Notes: generated from the letters alone by a model not told the origin. DNA of 64,000 nt from Patescibacteria group bacterium (GCA_038061755.1 JBBTYN010000002.1:15312-79311); one strand, 5' to 3'; shown: positions 18,616 through 29,825, counted from the first letter of the stretch. Numbers and translations are program-made.

Positions 18616-21600
18616 TTAATACGACACATCAAGGTTGTCCTCATTAGTTTTTAATGTCACTGCCACAAACCCCTGCTTTTTAGTTGTGGTAATATTCTTC
18701 CCAATTTTTTCTTTAATAATAGTTAAGTCAATAGCTTTTTTATAATTAAATGTATATTTTTCTACATTCTTAATTGTTATTTTTGTATCTAAATCAGTCA
18801 GAACTCCTTTCTTCTCTTGCCAATCATAAACTATATTAGTATTTGGAACGATTGTAATAATACCATTTCTGATTATTTTATTGTAAGAGAATTTAAGTTT
18901 TGTATTATTTTCTCTTAATTTAATAAAAGGAATTATTGTTGTATTTCCAGAATTGTCCGTAAGAGTTACAGATGTTTTTGTAATAATTATTGTTGGATTT
19001 TTATCTATTGCATCTTGCGCAGAGAAAACTACATCTTTGGTATTTATATTAAACGTTACTTGTAATTCTGGAGGATTTATATCATATACTGTTATCCCGT
19101 CTAGTGTAGCTTGTAATGTTTTATCTATTGTTCCATCTCCATTTTGATCAATTTTTAAATCAGTGTTTAATACTTCAGAATCAGGAGTAATATTCATTGT
19201 GGCTATAGTAGAAGATGAGGAGGGAATACCTTGAAATGAAGTTGATTCTGAAATAGAATTACCTTCCTGTTTTTCCACGTCTAGAGAAAAGCTACCCTGT
19301 TGATATCCTTGCATTTTCAGAGTATAAGAAATACCGGTAGGTATTGAAATAAATTGTACATCCCCTATTTTTTCATAATTTACACCCGGAATTTCTTGTT
19401 TAATTTCTTTAGTTATTGGATCCTCGCCTGTGTATCTACCTTGGGTATCCATAATTCCTAATGTAAGTGGTGAATGAAGGGTATAATGGAGACGAGGTTT
19501 GTTAGAAATTAAAGTTGAAGTATCGTTAACTAAAACATTATTCGTATCAATAAAAGTAGAATCTTTAATTTCAGAATTTATAAAATCAAGAAGATCTGAT
19601 ACTTCTAAGATGTCTCGATGAACTCTGTCTGGAATATTTTCTTCATTATATTTATTTAAATCCACCCACCATCTTTCGACATTTGGAGATTGTGACATCC
19701 ATAAAGCGCTTGGTACCACTACAACTCCATCTCCATCAATAACTTTACGAGGTTTATAGGAAAGATATTCATTTCCAGAAAAATCAACATATGCTTTGTA
19801 ATCTAATCCCACGGTTGTTTCTTCTCCCCATCCTGCAACTTGAATCACTTTCGTATTTGGTGACGGCTGCCAATTGTCAAGTATTTGGTGCACAGCTTGT
19901 GCTTGATCATATAAAGTATTATTACCATTATTTGGATGTACAGTATCACTAAAAGATGGTTTAATTCTGCTTTCTTCTGTTCCTAAAATATAATTTTTTA
20001 AATCAACTTCATCTGAAATATTTAATCCGTATATTGATTTTTGTAAATTAAAAAATAATTTATTTTCAAAAGTAATCAAATTTTCTGGAACAAATGGAAC
20101 TTGAGGCATTGTAAAATAACCAGCTGATGGTAAAAGATTATAAACAGAAGACATATTTTCAGAAAGCTGTCTTGATCTATCTGCTCTCATGATAAAGCCA
20201 AAAGGACCAATCTCTGAGCCATGTAATAAATTAATCACCGCGTCAGGTGTACCTACTTGCGGAACTGCAATCAATATAACCTTATCAATTTTATCATAAA
20301 GAGGATTATTAGTATCTTTTAATTTCTGAATTAAAGCTTTCGCGACCAAGCCTCCATTGGAATGAGCAATAATCGTAACCTTTCCAGATTTAGAACTTTT
20401 TTGTAGATCTTCTAACTTTTTAAAAATAAAAGACTCAGAAAAGTTTTGAAACGTATTGTACGAAATATTACCGTTAAAACTAGCTCCATTTGTAATAATA
20501 TCACCAAGAGAAAGTCTCCAATCATATGGAATAAAATCATAATCTGCAATAATTTTTTCATCATTTTTCCACTTTTTTAGATCACTAATAAAAGATTGAT
20601 ACATATTGAAGCTATATACATCGTCAACGATTCCTGTTTCATCTAATTCTCCATTATTTTTTGTATCATCTTTAGTATGGATAGTACTATTGATACTTTT
20701 TCCTTGATTATCTAATGCAAGATCAGCGTGATTTGAATCATTATGAGATACCCACAATTCTTTATCACCAGAACCGTCTTGTTCATATAATCTAGAACCC
20801 ATTATCCCAGGCAGAAAAAGAACATTAGAAAAACAATCCACAGTATATACTGTAACTAAAGGCTTCATCACCACTGTTCCATTTTCACCCGCCAGAACGC
20901 AACCATAGTAACAATATGTGCCAGCTAGAGCATTTGCCGTCCCAGAAAAGTCAAAAGTTTTATAATAAATTGCTATTCTTCCACCTGCCCCTCCGATTAA
21001 TCCATAAGGCCAAGAACTATTTCCACCATTTGCTTGGAAAGCACCAGTGCCACTTATTTTATTTGCATTTACATAAATACTGCCTCCACTAACTCTATCA
21101 TAATTTCCATTTGCTGAAACAATACCATCATTTTTAAAAATATTGTCTACCACCAAACGAATCGCACCACCACCACGACGACTCTCTGTTCCACTCCCAA
21201 AGTCTACAGGCTCTGTATCTGAACCATAAACAGGTTTCGCCATGGCGCCTCCGCCTTTTCCGCCATAACTCGCCCCAGCTTCATAAAATGTATCTGGAGT
21301 TCCAAGACCATTAATATATCCTTTTCCATCAGCAGAAATTGAAGAACCATTTTCAATATTAAGATTTGAAACTTTTAAAGAAAGTATTTTCTCAGGAATT
21401 ACAGTAATATTTGAATTTCCTAAAATGGAAACTAGGTTTGCATTAATAATCTCCCCACCTGAAAGAGTAAGTGTTGAAGTTTTATCAAGAATAATATCTT
21501 TGGCTGTTATATTTGCCCCATCCTCCGATGAAACCTTTGCGCCATTAGAAATATTTATATTATTTAAATTAAACGGGCTATCATTTTTTTGAAAACGCCA

Positions 21601-22431
21601 AGAATTATTCAAATAAAGATCATTAGATGATTCATCAAAAAGACCCACTGTGCCATTTTCACTGCAAGTCATGCTCCAGCCATCATAACTGCCACAGCCT
21701 CCTTTGGCTTCTGCTTTACCAGTAAATGAAGAATTTTCATAATAGAGAGCTACTCGTCCCCCACCACCAGGACTTTTATAATAAGAACCAAACATAAGAC
21801 CCCCGCCATTAGCGCGCAATACTCCACTTCCTACAATTTTTTTAGCAGTCACATAAATACTGCCACCACTGCTTGAAACATTTCCACCAGAAGAGACAAT
21901 GCCATTATTAGTAAAAGTATCAGAAACTACTATACGCATAGCTCCTCCGCCATAACCCACTCCACCACTTCCTAAGTCAGTGGGCTTTGTAGCTGATCCA
22001 TAAGTTTTTGAATATGTAGCAGCACCATTACTAAGTCCGCCATAACTCGCGCCAATACTATCATTAGATGAAGCTCCAGGACCTTGATTAGCGCCATATC
22101 CTTTGTTGTCGGCTGAGATAGACGCGCCGAAATTGATGGTGAGATTAACGGCATTAATTTTTACTCCCTTAAAAGCGCTTGAAGAAAGAGGATCGCCTAA
22201 AAGAATCAGCGTCGCGTTATTGGTTATCGTTAAATTATTAAAAAAATATTCCCCAGCCGGCAAAGAAATGTTTGAACTTAAGACTACTTCAGCTTCGTCC
22301 GCATCGTTAATTCCATTTCCGTTTAAGTCTAGCGGAGAAACAGCAATAGCTTTCGGAACAAAAAATACCCCACAAAACGCAAAATACAAAACAAAAAACG
22401 AAAACAAGAGAATCGATTTTTGTGGACGCAT
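18616..22431 (-). CDS. Large secreted protein: two Gly-rich repeat modules plus LCAT/phospholipase-like alpha/beta hydrolase
   Basis: Signal peptide; duplicated SISAD.KGY...GGSIYV module; LPGIMGSRL, YDWR, AHSNGG nucleophile elbow, DGDGVV. Confidence 0.8.
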   Translation of the reverse strand: MRPQKSILLFSFFVLYFAFCGVFFVPKAIAVSPLDLNGNGINDADEAEVVLSSNISLPAGEYFFNNLTITNNATLILLGDPLSSSAFKGVKINAVNLTINFGASISADNKGYGANQGPGASSNDSIGASYGGLSNGAATYSKTYGSATKPTDLGSGGVGYGGGAMRIVVSDTFTNNGIVSSGGNVSSSGGSIYVTAKKIVGSGVLRANGGGLMFGSYYKSPGGGGRVALYYENSSFTGKAEAKGGCGSYDGWSMTCSENGTVGLFDESSNDLYLNNSWRFQKNDSPFNLNNINISNGAKVSSEDGANITAKDIILDKTSTLTLSGGEIINANLVSILGNSNITVIPEKILSLKVSNLNIENGSSISADGKGYINGLGTPDTFYEAGASYGGKGGGAMAKPVYGSDTEPVDFGSGTESRRGGGAIRLVVDNIFKNDGIVSANGNYDRVSGGSIYVNANKISGTGAFQANGGNSSWPYGLIGGAGGRIAIYYKTFDFSGTANALAGTYCYYGCVLAGENGTVVMKPLVTVYTVDCFSNVLFLPGIMGSRLYEQDGSGDKELWVSHNDSNHADLALDNQGKSINSTIHTKDDTKNNGELDETGIVDDVYSFNMYQSFISDLKKWKNDEKIIADYDFIPYDWRLSLGDIITNGASFNGNISYNTFQNFSESFIFKKLEDLQKSSKSGKVTIIAHSNGGLVAKALIQKLKDTNNPLYDKIDKVILIAVPQVGTPDAVINLLHGSEIGPFGFIMRADRSRQLSENMSSVYNLLPSAGYFTMPQVPFVPENLITFENKLFFNLQKSIYGLNISDEVDLKNYILGTEESRIKPSFSDTVHPNNGNNTLYDQAQAVHQILDNWQPSPNTKVIQVAGWGEETTVGLDYKAYVDFSGNEYLSYKPRKVIDGDGVVVVPSALWMSQSPNVERWWVDLNKYNEENIPDRVHRDILEVSDLLDFINSEIKDSTFIDTNNVLVNDTSTLISNKPRLHYTLHSPLTLGIMDTQGRYTGEDPITKEIKQEIPGVNYEKIGDVQFISIPTGISYTLKMQGYQQGSFSLDVEKQEGNSISESTSFQGIPSSSSTIATMNITPDSEVLNTDLKIDQNGDGTIDKTLQATLDGITVYDINPPELQVTFNINTKDVVFSAQDAIDKNPTIIITKTSVTLTDNSGNTTIIPFIKLRENNTKLKFSYNKIIRNGIITIVPNTNIVYDWQEKKGVLTDLDTKITIKNVEKYTFNYKKAIDLTIIKEKIGKNITTTKKQGFVAVTLKTNEDNLDVSY

Positions 22432-22505
22432 ATAATTTAAAATTATTTATATGGTTTTATTATCTCATAGATTTTAAAGAAAAAGTACTTAAATGTGGAT
22501 AACTA

Positions 22506-24131
22506 CTATCTTAATCCAAGTTTTTCAAGTCTAGACGTGATCGCGCCTTTTTTTCTGCCAAATTTTTTTGTCAGGTCGGCTATTGAAATACCAGAACCGA
22601 ATAATTTTCTTAATTCCTCGTCTTGCTCTTTGCTCCATGGGCGATATGCATTTGGATGTTTTTCTCTAATTTCGGCAAAAGGTTTTGGGCGCGCCGAGTA
22701 CGGCGCGCTATCTTTTTTTTCTTCCTCATTTTTCTGATTTTTAATTTTCCCTCCACAAGTAATTACAAAATCATCATGCATTTTTTTGAGATTGGTTACA
22801 GAAAGTTTACCAAAAACTTTTATCGCCTCAATAGATTTATTTTTAAAATCAACATCTTTTTCTAAAATTTCTGGGTGCACTTTAAACGCATGCTCATTAA
22901 TGCCAAGCAGATAAAGACCCGAGAGCCTGCGCACCCGAGAGAGCGCCACATAACCTTGTCCAAATTCAAACACTTGCGACAAATCCATTACTGCCGCATC
23001 CATGCTCATCCCCTGACTCTTATGCACTGTAATAGCCCAAGCCAATCGAAGCGGAACCTGCGTTATTTGTGCGCGAACTTTTCCATTTTCTTCCACCATC
23101 CAATCCGCGGGCGGGATAATTATTTTTCGTTCATTTCTAGTTTTAATAACTGGATACCCGCTAAATTCTTCAAAACCGGTCACCACTCCAAGCGTACCAT
23201 TCACAAATCTTTCTTTTTGATTATTTTTGGTGCACATCACCACCGCGCCGATTTTAAGTTCTAAATTCTCTGGCGACAAGCATCCTTTCTTGAGCGTCTC
23301 CACCACTTTTTCATTTCCGCTCCCAGACATTTTAAATAATTTTACTTCTTCCTTTATTTTCGCAAGCTCAATATTGTTTACCCGATCTACATCCATATTA
23401 TGTGAAAAAAGTTTAGTAATATTTACAATCTCTTCTCCCATATCATCAAGGTCAATCTGCCGAGTATTTATAAATTTTCTATGGATTGGAGAAAAATTAT
23501 TCGCGCGGATGCCAGAGAGCACGGCAAGAAAATCTTTATCATCTTGGCGATGCTGTTCAGTTAAGTAACAAACAAATAAATGCGCCCTCTCCCAAGCCCC
23601 ACTTTCATAAGCAAAAATTCCCACAGGTCCGACCTGTGGAATAAGTGAACTTTGTTTATTTTTATTCTGATTATTTTCTTTGTCCTCTCTTCTAATAATC
23701 GGTGGCAATTGAAAAAAATCACCAACCAAAACAATCTGGATCCCGCCAAATGGTTCATCATTTTGTTTTATTTCCCGACAAACCAGATCCACCATATCAA
23801 GCATATTAGAAGAAAGCATAGAAATCTCATCAATAATCAAAACCCGAGTCCGATTGACACGCTTGCAAATATATTCACTGCTCGCAATTTTATCTAAATC
23901 ATATTTATCTAATTTTGTTCGAATACCGATACCGCTCCAAGAATGAATCGTCATCCCACCGATATGCGTCGCGGCAATACCCGTCGAAGCAGTAATCGCA
24001 GGCTCCACGTCGCAAGTACGCAAATAATTCACAAAATTATTTATCGTGTGTGTTTTCCCTGCCCCCGGTTCGCCCGTCAAAAAAACATTCGCGCCAGTTT
24101 TTAAAATATTTAAAGCTTCACTTTGAGTCAC
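22506..24131 (-). CDS. PIF1-family SF1B helicase with C-terminal HTH
   Basis: GEPGAGKT, IDEISM, GDFFQLPP, PLRLAWAITVHKSQG, YVALSR; PWSKEQDEEL...AITSRL. Confidence 0.92.
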   Translation of the reverse strand: MTQSEALNILKTGANVFLTGEPGAGKTHTINNFVNYLRTCDVEPAITASTGIAATHIGGMTIHSWSGIGIRTKLDKYDLDKIASSEYICKRVNRTRVLIIDEISMLSSNMLDMVDLVCREIKQNDEPFGGIQIVLVGDFFQLPPIIRREDKENNQNKNKQSSLIPQVGPVGIFAYESGAWERAHLFVCYLTEQHRQDDKDFLAVLSGIRANNFSPIHRKFINTRQIDLDDMGEEIVNITKLFSHNMDVDRVNNIELAKIKEEVKLFKMSGSGNEKVVETLKKGCLSPENLELKIGAVVMCTKNNQKERFVNGTLGVVTGFEEFSGYPVIKTRNERKIIIPPADWMVEENGKVRAQITQVPLRLAWAITVHKSQGMSMDAAVMDLSQVFEFGQGYVALSRVRRLSGLYLLGINEHAFKVHPEILEKDVDFKNKSIEAIKVFGKLSVTNLKKMHDDFVITCGGKIKNQKNEEEKKDSAPYSARPKPFAEIREKHPNAYRPWSKEQDEELRKLFGSGISIADLTKKFGRKKGAITSRLEKLGLR

Positions 24132-24142
24132 GCCTTATTCTA

Positions 24143-25870
24143 CTACATTTTCTTTGGCGCCACGATGCCGAGAAGATACAACCCATTTTTCATTACAAAA
24201 GAAAACGCATAAGTCAGAGCAATTTTATAAGAAGAAGTTTTGTCTTCTTTATCCACTATCATCGTATTGCCATAAAAACTGTTAAAAGCGCGAGCAACTT
24301 CTATTAAATAATTCGCAATATGATGAGGTTCGTATAGAGATGCGGAACGCAACACAATTTCCGGAAATTTATATAATAATTTTTCCACTTCAAAAATTTC
24401 AGACGAAAAAGCATGCGGGTCTGGCAAAATATTTTCTTTTTGCGCTTTTTCTAAAACTGAATTTGCACGAGCATAAGAATATTGAAGGTATGGTCCTGAA
24501 TCCCCCTCAAAAGAAATTGATTTTTCAAAATCGTAAATAATATCTCCACCAATCCCTTGTTTAAGGATAGAATATTTTAATGCAGAAACACTTACTTCAT
24601 TTGCCACCTTCTCTTCTTTCTCTGGAGAAAAATTTCTGTCTGTCATTTTCTCTAAAATAGCGTCTCGAGCGTCATTTAATAGTGATTCACCAGTTATCAC
24701 GTTCCCTTTTCTAGACCCCATCTTACCAGAAGCGAGGCGCATCATCCCATGCGTAATGTGTCTCATCTTTGCCGCATGTTCCGGATGAATCAAGAAAATA
24801 ACCTTCATCACAACGCGCATATAATCCATTTGCTCATTTGCGGTAACCATAATAGACAAATCCATTTCTGGATAAGTTTTAAATTTTTCTTCTGTCAATC
24901 CAAGCTCTTTGGTTTCATAGGTTGGTAACCCCTGCGAAGTAATGAAAACTCTAGTGTGCAATTTTGGATCGTATTTTTCTGCTTTAAAAACAATAGCGCC
25001 ATCAGATTCTTCGAAAATCTTACCAATATTTCCATTAACAATATCTTGTCCAATATCCGCCATTACGCTTTCCAAAAAATAAAAATCAAACTTTGTGCCA
25101 AGTATTTTATATAAATCTTCAAAAGCCTCCATTGTTACCCTAAAACCCCAATCATATATTTCATTTATTTTTTTGTCTTTTTTGTTATCACTTTTTATAT
25201 AAAGTTTTTTATTTATTTCATCTATTTCTTTTTTTGCTTTTTCATCAATTTCATAAAGCTCTGCTCCACTAGCATAAGCCCGCCCTATATTTGATGCTTG
25301 TAGAGCATTTGATCCTGCCTTGCTTTGCAATTTTTCATTTTCCAAAAGTCCATAAATAGCTTTAGCTACATGCAGACCAAGATCTCCCTGATAATTAGCC
25401 CGAACAACTTCTGCCCCAGAAAATTCAACGAGGCGAGATATTGATTCACCAATAACATTACTCATAAGATGCCCAATATGAAAAGGCTTAAAAGGATTTG
25501 GATCTGTATATTCCACCATTATTTTTTTCCCTTCTAATAAGTTATTTTTCCCAAAACTTTCCGCACTATTTAAAATTTCTTCAACACTATTTGCAAAAAA
25601 TTTTCGAGATAAATAAAAATTAATAAAACCATTGCCAGCAATTTCTACTTTTTCAATATTTTTATCAAGATTTAATCTAATTATTTCAGTAATTATTTTT
25701 TCTGCTAATTCTTTAGGATTTCTCTCAACACCTTTTCCTATAGCTAAGGCCACGTTCGTAGAATAATCTCCATTCTTCAAATCTTCCGGGTGTTCAAGAA
25801 CAATATTATTAACTTCTATGTTGAGATTTTTAAGCGCATCTTTTATTAAATTTTTTATTTCTTGCTCCAT
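24143..25870 (-). CDS. argS: Arginine--tRNA ligase
   Basis: EYTDPNPFKPFHIGH, KMGSRKG, SGPYLQYSYARA; start MEQEI preferred. Confidence 0.96.
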   Translation of the reverse strand: MEQEIKNLIKDALKNLNIEVNNIVLEHPEDLKNGDYSTNVALAIGKGVERNPKELAEKIITEIIRLNLDKNIEKVEIAGNGFINFYLSRKFFANSVEEILNSAESFGKNNLLEGKKIMVEYTDPNPFKPFHIGHLMSNVIGESISRLVEFSGAEVVRANYQGDLGLHVAKAIYGLLENEKLQSKAGSNALQASNIGRAYASGAELYEIDEKAKKEIDEINKKLYIKSDNKKDKKINEIYDWGFRVTMEAFEDLYKILGTKFDFYFLESVMADIGQDIVNGNIGKIFEESDGAIVFKAEKYDPKLHTRVFITSQGLPTYETKELGLTEEKFKTYPEMDLSIMVTANEQMDYMRVVMKVIFLIHPEHAAKMRHITHGMMRLASGKMGSRKGNVITGESLLNDARDAILEKMTDRNFSPEKEEKVANEVSVSALKYSILKQGIGGDIIYDFEKSISFEGDSGPYLQYSYARANSVLEKAQKENILPDPHAFSSEIFEVEKLLYKFPEIVLRSASLYEPHHIANYLIEVARAFNSFYGNTMIVDKEDKTSSYKIALTYAFSFVMKNGLYLLGIVAPKKM

Positions 25871-25871
25871 C

Positions 25872-26294
25872 TTATTTTTTTCCAGTGCTTCCAAACTTTC
25901 CTTCCCCGCGAGCCGACTCGCTTAATTTATTGACCTCTTTTAATTTTGCAATAATTACAGGCATAATCACAAGCTGTGAAACTTTATCCCCTTCCTCAAA
26001 AGTATACGGCTTATTGGATAAATTTACCAATAAAGTATTGTATTCACCTCTATATCCCGCATCAAAAACTCCACCCATGTGATTAAAACCTTCTTTTGAA
26101 ATACTAGATTTATCCATAACAATAGCTGTATATCCTTTAGGAAATTCTAGAGCGAATCCATGCCAAAATCTATAATGCTCGCCCGGTTTTACTGTCACCG
26201 TTTCAATAGCATATAAATCCATCCCCACATCTCCAGAATGATGATATTTCGGCAACTTCGCATTTTCTTTTAATTTTTTAACTTTGATTATCAT
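25872..26294 (-). CDS. dut: dUTP diphosphatase
   Basis: GMDL, GVFDAGYRGE, RGEGKFGSTG. Confidence 0.95.
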   Translation of the reverse strand: MIIKVKKLKENAKLPKYHHSGDVGMDLYAIETVTVKPGEHYRFWHGFALEFPKGYTAIVMDKSSISKEGFNHMGGVFDAGYRGEYNTLLVNLSNKPYTFEEGDKVSQLVIMPVIIAKLKEVNKLSESARGEGKFGSTGKK

Positions 26295-26298
26295 TCTT

Positions 26299-27003
26299 TT
26301 ATTTCATAACTTTTTTAATCTTCTCATAAATTTTATTATGAATATTTTCACGAGTATCCATTTCACCATCTTTTACACATTCAATTTTAATCCAACCTTT
26401 CTGCGTCTTCGCTAGCCAAAGGGCACTCTTGCGAGAATTCTCTAAGAATTTAACGTCTTTTTCATGCACATCCTGCTTCTTGCCTAAATATTTTCTCTTG
26501 CCGTTTTTATTGCCGTTGCCATTTCTTTCTTTAATTAATTGCAAAACAATATCTGTCGGCACACTTAAATAAAATACAGCATCTGGCTTTGGAATTTTAA
26601 AAACTTCATATTCCATTTCAGCGAGCCATTTCAAAAAGCTTTCTCTTTTCTTTGTATCAGCAATTTTACCACCCTGATGAATCTGGTTAGCGCTGGCATA
26701 TCTATCAGCAATAACAATATTTCCATCTTTCAGCCAATTTTCAATTTTCTTACTTGATTCAAAGCGATCTGCCGCATAAAGAACAGACGCAATTTTCGGA
26801 TGTACTTTCACAAAATTATAATACTGCTCAGACAAACAATGCCCAATGAATTTACCAAAGAAATTTTTATAGTATTCTGGAAAATCCAAAAGTTTCACCG
26901 TATAACCTTCTTTTACCAATCGTACACGCAAGAGCTTAACCTGTGTAGCCTTCCCACTTCCATCTGTACCATCTATAACTATGAGTTTGCCCTTTTTTGC
27001 CAT
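26299..27003 (-). CDS. tmk: Thymidylate kinase
   Basis: IVIDGTDGSGKATQ, IADRY, PDAVFYL. Confidence 0.92.
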   Translation of the reverse strand: MAKKGKLIVIDGTDGSGKATQVKLLRVRLVKEGYTVKLLDFPEYYKNFFGKFIGHCLSEQYYNFVKVHPKIASVLYAADRFESSKKIENWLKDGNIVIADRYASANQIHQGGKIADTKKRESFLKWLAEMEYEVFKIPKPDAVFYLSVPTDIVLQLIKERNGNGNKNGKRKYLGKKQDVHEKDVKFLENSRKSALWLAKTQKGWIKIECVKDGEMDTRENIHNKIYEKIKKVMK

Positions 27004-27007
27004 TTTT

Positions 27008-27709
27008 TTATTTAGCCTCTCTTAAAGACTCCATTTCAAATGAATTTATCAAAATGTCATCATCCACATTTACTAAATAAGCCAAAGCTTTAGCTGGTTT
27101 TTCAACCGGCATGGCCATATTAAAATTATTTTTATGATCCCCTGCTTTTTCAAAAAGATCAGTATGAATAAAACCAGGATAAAATCCCACAACACTGATG
27201 TTAAAAGGAGCAAGTTCTATTTGTAAACATTTAGTAAAGCCAGTTACCGCCCATTTTGAAGCATTGTAAACAGAACGTTCAGATCTTGCATTAAGACCAG
27301 CCCTTGAACTAATATTTATAATTCTTCCGTATTTTTGTTTTTTTAATTGTGGAACCAATGCATTCGCAACTAAAAAAGTTCCAAGTGTATTTACCAAAAG
27401 AGCATTTTTTATTTCTTTCGGACTATTTTCCTCAATTGGGCCCTTAATCCAAACTCCAGCACAATTTATTAAACAATCAATTTTTTTATATTTTTTAATA
27501 ACTTGCGAAAATGAATTTTTTATTTGCTCAGCGTCTGTAACGTCACAAATAATACCATCGCACTTTAATTCTTTAGCAGTTTTCTCTACTTCTTTAATAT
27601 TTTTACCTAAAATTACAACATAATTTTGGGAAGATAAAATTTTAGCTGTGGCTTTTCCTAACCCACCGTTTCCGCCTGTTATTACAATTACTTTTTTGTT
27701 TGACTTCAT
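27008..27709 (-). CDS. Short-chain dehydrogenase/reductase
   Basis: TGGNGGLG, INCAG, YNASK. Confidence 0.92.
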   Translation of the reverse strand: MKSNKKVIVITGGNGGLGKATAKILSSQNYVVILGKNIKEVEKTAKELKCDGIICDVTDAEQIKNSFSQVIKKYKKIDCLINCAGVWIKGPIEENSPKEIKNALLVNTLGTFLVANALVPQLKKQKYGRIINISSRAGLNARSERSVYNASKWAVTGFTKCLQIELAPFNISVVGFYPGFIHTDLFEKAGDHKNNFNMAMPVEKPAKALAYLVNVDDDILINSFEMESLREAK

Positions 27710-27712
27710 ATT

Positions 27713-28903
27713 TTATTTCTTCCCCTTTAAAACTTTATCAATTTTTCTGGCAATCATAATCATATCTTTCTCTTTTCTACCACGAGTTGTTTCGGCTGGA
27801 GTGCCGATACGAATACCAGAAGGATCAAATGGTGAACGAGTTTCACCCGGAATAGTATTTTTATTGCAAATAATTCCAGCTTTTTCAAGTTTGGCTTCAG
27901 CTTCTTTTCCAGAAATACCTTTTCCATCCATCCAAGTATCCACTAAAATAAGATGCGATTCTGTTCCTCCAGAAACAATTCTCCAACCTAAACGAGTAAG
28001 CTCGAGAGCCAATACTTTTGCATTCTTGATCACTTGTTTTGCATATTTTTTAAATGCTGGTGAATCGTCTTCTTTGAGGGCGACGGCAATTCCGGCAATC
28101 TGCCCCATATGCGGACCTCCCTGCAAACCTGGAAAAATCGCTTTATCAATTAAAACTGAAATATCTTTATCGTCTAATTTTTTATCTTTTCTGGAAAAAA
28201 TAATTGCGCCTCTGGGACCACGGAGAGTTTTATGGGTAGTTGTAGTAACTATGTCTGCATATTTAAAAGGTGTCGGATAAGCTTCGCCCGCTACCAATCC
28301 AGCAAAATGAGACATGTCCACCATTAAATACGCTCCACAAGCATCAGCCGCTTCACGACACTTTTTAAAATCAACAATTCTAGGATACGCTGTAAAACCA
28401 ACAATTATTAACTTCGGCTTTTCTCTAATGGCATCTTCTTTCATTTTTTCATAATCAATGAGTTCAGTTTTTAAATCTATACCAATAGGCACTTGCTCCC
28501 ACATCTTGCCAGTAATAGAAACTTTCTGACCATGAGTCAAATGTCCGCCAGAAGAAAGAGGTAATCCCATCACCTTGCCACCTTTTGGCACAAGAGCAAG
28601 ATATACAGCTAAATTTGCCGGTGATCCTGAAAGTGGCTGAACATTTACATGCCATAAATCTTTTTTTAATTTGAAAAGTTTTAAAGCTCTATCTTGGCAA
28701 AGAGTCTCGAGCTCATCTATATATCTCTGCCCTCCATAATATCGAGCATAGGGATATCCTTCTGCATATTTATTGTCAAAAATAGAACCAAGCGCTGTCA
28801 AAACATCTTTAGAAACATAGTTTTCTGAGGGAATAAGATTAATCACACTTTTTTGTCTCTTTGTTTCATTTTCAATAAGACTCTCAATTTTTTTATCTCT
28901 CAT
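27713..28903 (-). CDS. glyA: Serine hydroxymethyltransferase
   Basis: LIPSENY, NKYAEGYP..RYYGG, GGHLTHG, TTTTHKTLRGPRG. Confidence 0.98.
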   Translation of the reverse strand: MRDKKIESLIENETKRQKSVINLIPSENYVSKDVLTALGSIFDNKYAEGYPYARYYGGQRYIDELETLCQDRALKLFKLKKDLWHVNVQPLSGSPANLAVYLALVPKGGKVMGLPLSSGGHLTHGQKVSITGKMWEQVPIGIDLKTELIDYEKMKEDAIREKPKLIIVGFTAYPRIVDFKKCREAADACGAYLMVDMSHFAGLVAGEAYPTPFKYADIVTTTTHKTLRGPRGAIIFSRKDKKLDDKDISVLIDKAIFPGLQGGPHMGQIAGIAVALKEDDSPAFKKYAKQVIKNAKVLALELTRLGWRIVSGGTESHLILVDTWMDGKGISGKEAEAKLEKAGIICNKNTIPGETRSPFDPSGIRIGTPAETTRGRKEKDMIMIARKIDKVLKGKK

Positions 28904-28941
28904 AAACCAAATTGTAACACTATTATTTTATTTTTACAAAA

Positions 28942-29811
28942 CTACTTTTGAAATGAAAAAATCTCATTCTGACCGTCAGATTTCATAACTATCGTACCCA
29001 ATAAATCAGTGCGAAAAATATTTGCTCCAAATTTAGCTAGAGTATCCAGAGTTTCTTGATGTGGATGACCATAATTATTATTTTTACCATCAGAAATAGA
29101 TGCGTATTGAGGAGAAACAGCTTTCACAAAACTTGTAGATGAAGAAGTCCGAGAGCCATGATGCCCGACTTTTAAAATAGTGCTTTTTAATTGAATTTCA
29201 GAATTTTCTCCAAGAATTATTTGTTCTGTTTTTGCGCCAGCATCACCGGTAAGTATTACAGAGGTATCACCAAAAGATAAACGCGCCACGACCGAACCAT
29301 CATTAGTTGCCCACTCTGAAACATCTCTATCAGGAAATAAAATATTAATCACTGCTCCTCCTCCTATGTCTAATCTCATTCCTCTTTTGGCTAAAATATC
29401 TGGAATATTTTGTTTTTTCATTTCTTCTCTAAGACTTTGATAAGTTTTAGAATCTGTCAAAGTGCCAGACTCAAGAACAACCCCTACTTTATAATTTTTT
29501 AAAATATCTAAAAGCCCTCCAATATGGTCTACATCCGGATTAGTAATAACTATTGCATCAATACTCTTATCAAATGGAGACATCACTCTTTGTAATGGAC
29601 CCAAAACTTTACGCGGTGGTCCACCATCAAACATTACTTGCGTCCCAGTCGGAGATTCTATAAAAAGTCCGTCACCTTGACCAACATCTAGCATTGCAAA
29701 AGTAAGTCCCCTGTGAGAATTTTCCCAATCTATTTTTACTAAAAAAGCATTTATGAATAAAAGAAATATAACAAAAATTAACAGGCTATATTTCTTGCAA
29801 TTTTTCAACAT
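28942..29811 (-). CDS. ComEC-type metallo-beta-lactamase domain protein
   Basis: LDVGQGD, TNPDVDHIGG, LTGDA, LKVGHHGS, YGHPH. Confidence 0.9.
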   Translation of the reverse strand: MLKNCKKYSLLIFVIFLLFINAFLVKIDWENSHRGLTFAMLDVGQGDGLFIESPTGTQVMFDGGPPRKVLGPLQRVMSPFDKSIDAIVITNPDVDHIGGLLDILKNYKVGVVLESGTLTDSKTYQSLREEMKKQNIPDILAKRGMRLDIGGGAVINILFPDRDVSEWATNDGSVVARLSFGDTSVILTGDAGAKTEQIILGENSEIQLKSTILKVGHHGSRTSSSTSFVKAVSPQYASISDGKNNNYGHPHQETLDTLAKFGANIFRTDLLGTIVMKSDGQNEIFSFQK

Positions 29812-29825
29812 GATATAATACTAGC

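Noticed and set aside
20900-22140. Duplicated module in the 1271-aa protein as a DGR template/variable repeat pair
   Set aside because: Both copies are in-frame, diverged protein repeats; no adenine-specific pattern was evident and no reverse transcriptase is in the window.
22494-22502. DnaA boxes as a replication origin
   Set aside because: They are isolated single boxes, with no cluster and no dnaA/dnaN nearby.
27648-28280. 210-aa plus-strand ORF and other antisense ORFs in the track
   Set aside because: They are shadows of well-supported genes on the opposite strand and have no recognisable motifs.
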